Positions 63,126 through 64,000 of a stretch of 64,000 nt of DNA are shown piece by piece. The position numbers were made by a program, and so were the translations under genes. Position 1 is the first letter of the stretch; each line of letters starts with the position of its first letter. The stretch is from Callorhinchus milii (taxonomy: Eukaryota): NCBI RefSeq assembly GCF_018977255.1, contig NW_024704742.1:13146001-13210000 (forward strand). The letters run 5' to 3'. The notes below the pieces were generated by a model. That model saw only the letters and a program-made list of their open reading frames with translations, searched no databases and was not told the DNA's origin.

Positions 63126-64000
63126 TACAAACTCATATCAAATCTCCACATTTGGAGTAAATTAAACATTAAAACACTTGAAATTTTATTTCACTTGACA
63201 TTTTTATGGAAATTTCATGAAAAGCTATTTCCGTGCATGTTTGTAGAAAAATCTTATCAAATTTTTACAGAAATTCAATCATTTGTAACATATTTCTGTT
63301 GCATTTTTTGGCGTTTTTGTGTGTTAACATTTGTTTGAGTTTTTCGTGCATTTTCTCTTCAACATTCCTTTTTTTAAATGTTTTTGGTATTTTTTTCCTG
63401 ATCATTTTCTCATGTATATTCTGTGAAGTGCACCCCAGGTCACATGACCCAATCTGGGTTATGTAACCGCAAACCCAGGTCACGTGGCGCAGTCCAGGTC
63501 ACGTGACAGAACCCCCAGGTGCAGATCGCCTGACCCGCACCCCAAGCCACGTGGCCCAGTCCTGGTCACATGACTGCATCCGGGTTACATGATCCCGCGT
63601 CGGGTCATGTGGCCCAGTCCAGGACATGTGTGCACATCTAGGTAACATGATCCCGCCCAGGTCACGCAATTACACCCCAGGTCACGTGACTGTACCTGGG
63701 GTGTAATCATGATCACATCCCACGTTACCTCACCACATCCCCGGGTTACCTGAAAGAAACCGAGGTCACGTGATCCCTCCCAGGTCTTGTAACCAAATCC
63801 CCACATCATCTGACTGCACTCAGGTCACGGGACCCCATCACCTAAACCCTAACCCTCACCCTAACTTTAATCCCGAGCCCTAATCCCTAACCCCCTCACC
63901 CTAACTTGAATAATTTCACTTGACATTTTTACAGGAATTCCATGAAACTCCTATTTATGTCTCTTAGGTTTGCTGGGACGAACCTCTAGATAACCTTAGC

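Larger units (their letters stand above)
58905..63955 (+). repeat. Composite higher-order tandem repeat: AT-rich subrepeat, about 20-bp GGTCACGTGACC minisatellite and CCCTAA-like tract
   Basis: Junction AATA(A/G)TTTCACT(C/T)GA..TTTTACAGGAA at 60185, 62542 and 63909. Junction GTATATT(C/G)T.TGAAG..CAC...AGGTCA at 60693, 62193 and 63414. Confidence 0.88.

Noticed and set aside
196..63809. Numerous short ORFs with motifs such as VCGTLLC, CKDYYY, MQGLLLL and [11 protein letters not shown]
   Set aside because: Recurrent translations of the SINE body, not a protein family.

Overview
Eukaryotic (vertebrate) genomic DNA, most likely a cartilaginous fish and possibly a chimaera/holocephalan. That assignment is inferred from the SINE/LINE families and the IL-8 sequence. 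The window holds two spliced genes in divergent orientation, and the ORF track captures only parts of the first. (1) A serotonin receptor 4 (HTR4 or HTR4-like) gene on the minus strand. Four core coding exons were reconstructed with consistent GT-AG phases (14409-14263, 11921-11721, 9649-9496, 6075-5522), plus candidate start, 5'UTR and C-terminal exons and a CpG-rich promoter near 22.3-22.6 kb. (2) A four-exon CXC chemokine of the CXCL8/IL-8 type on the plus strand (55618-57860, 107 aa, NLQ in place of ELR) with TATA and NF-kB-like promoter sites. Its exon-2 splice donor lacks the GT dinucleotide, so it is a damaged or frameshifted copy, or an assembly error. The rest is repeat-rich: tRNA-derived SINEs sharing an L2 tail, older Deu-type SINEs, L2 and CR1 LINE fragments (one 2.6 kb L2), an internally deleted Gypsy relic with PBS and diverged LTRs, a probable solo LTR and a hAT-like element. 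The last 5 kb is a composite higher-order repeat made of an AT-rich satellite, a GTCACGTGAC E-box minisatellite and a telomere-variant tract. No prokaryote-type system (CRISPR etc.) is present, and the sequence alone does not establish a new biological system. The best leads are the broken CXCL8 donor, the HTR4-CXCL8 linkage and the composite repeat.
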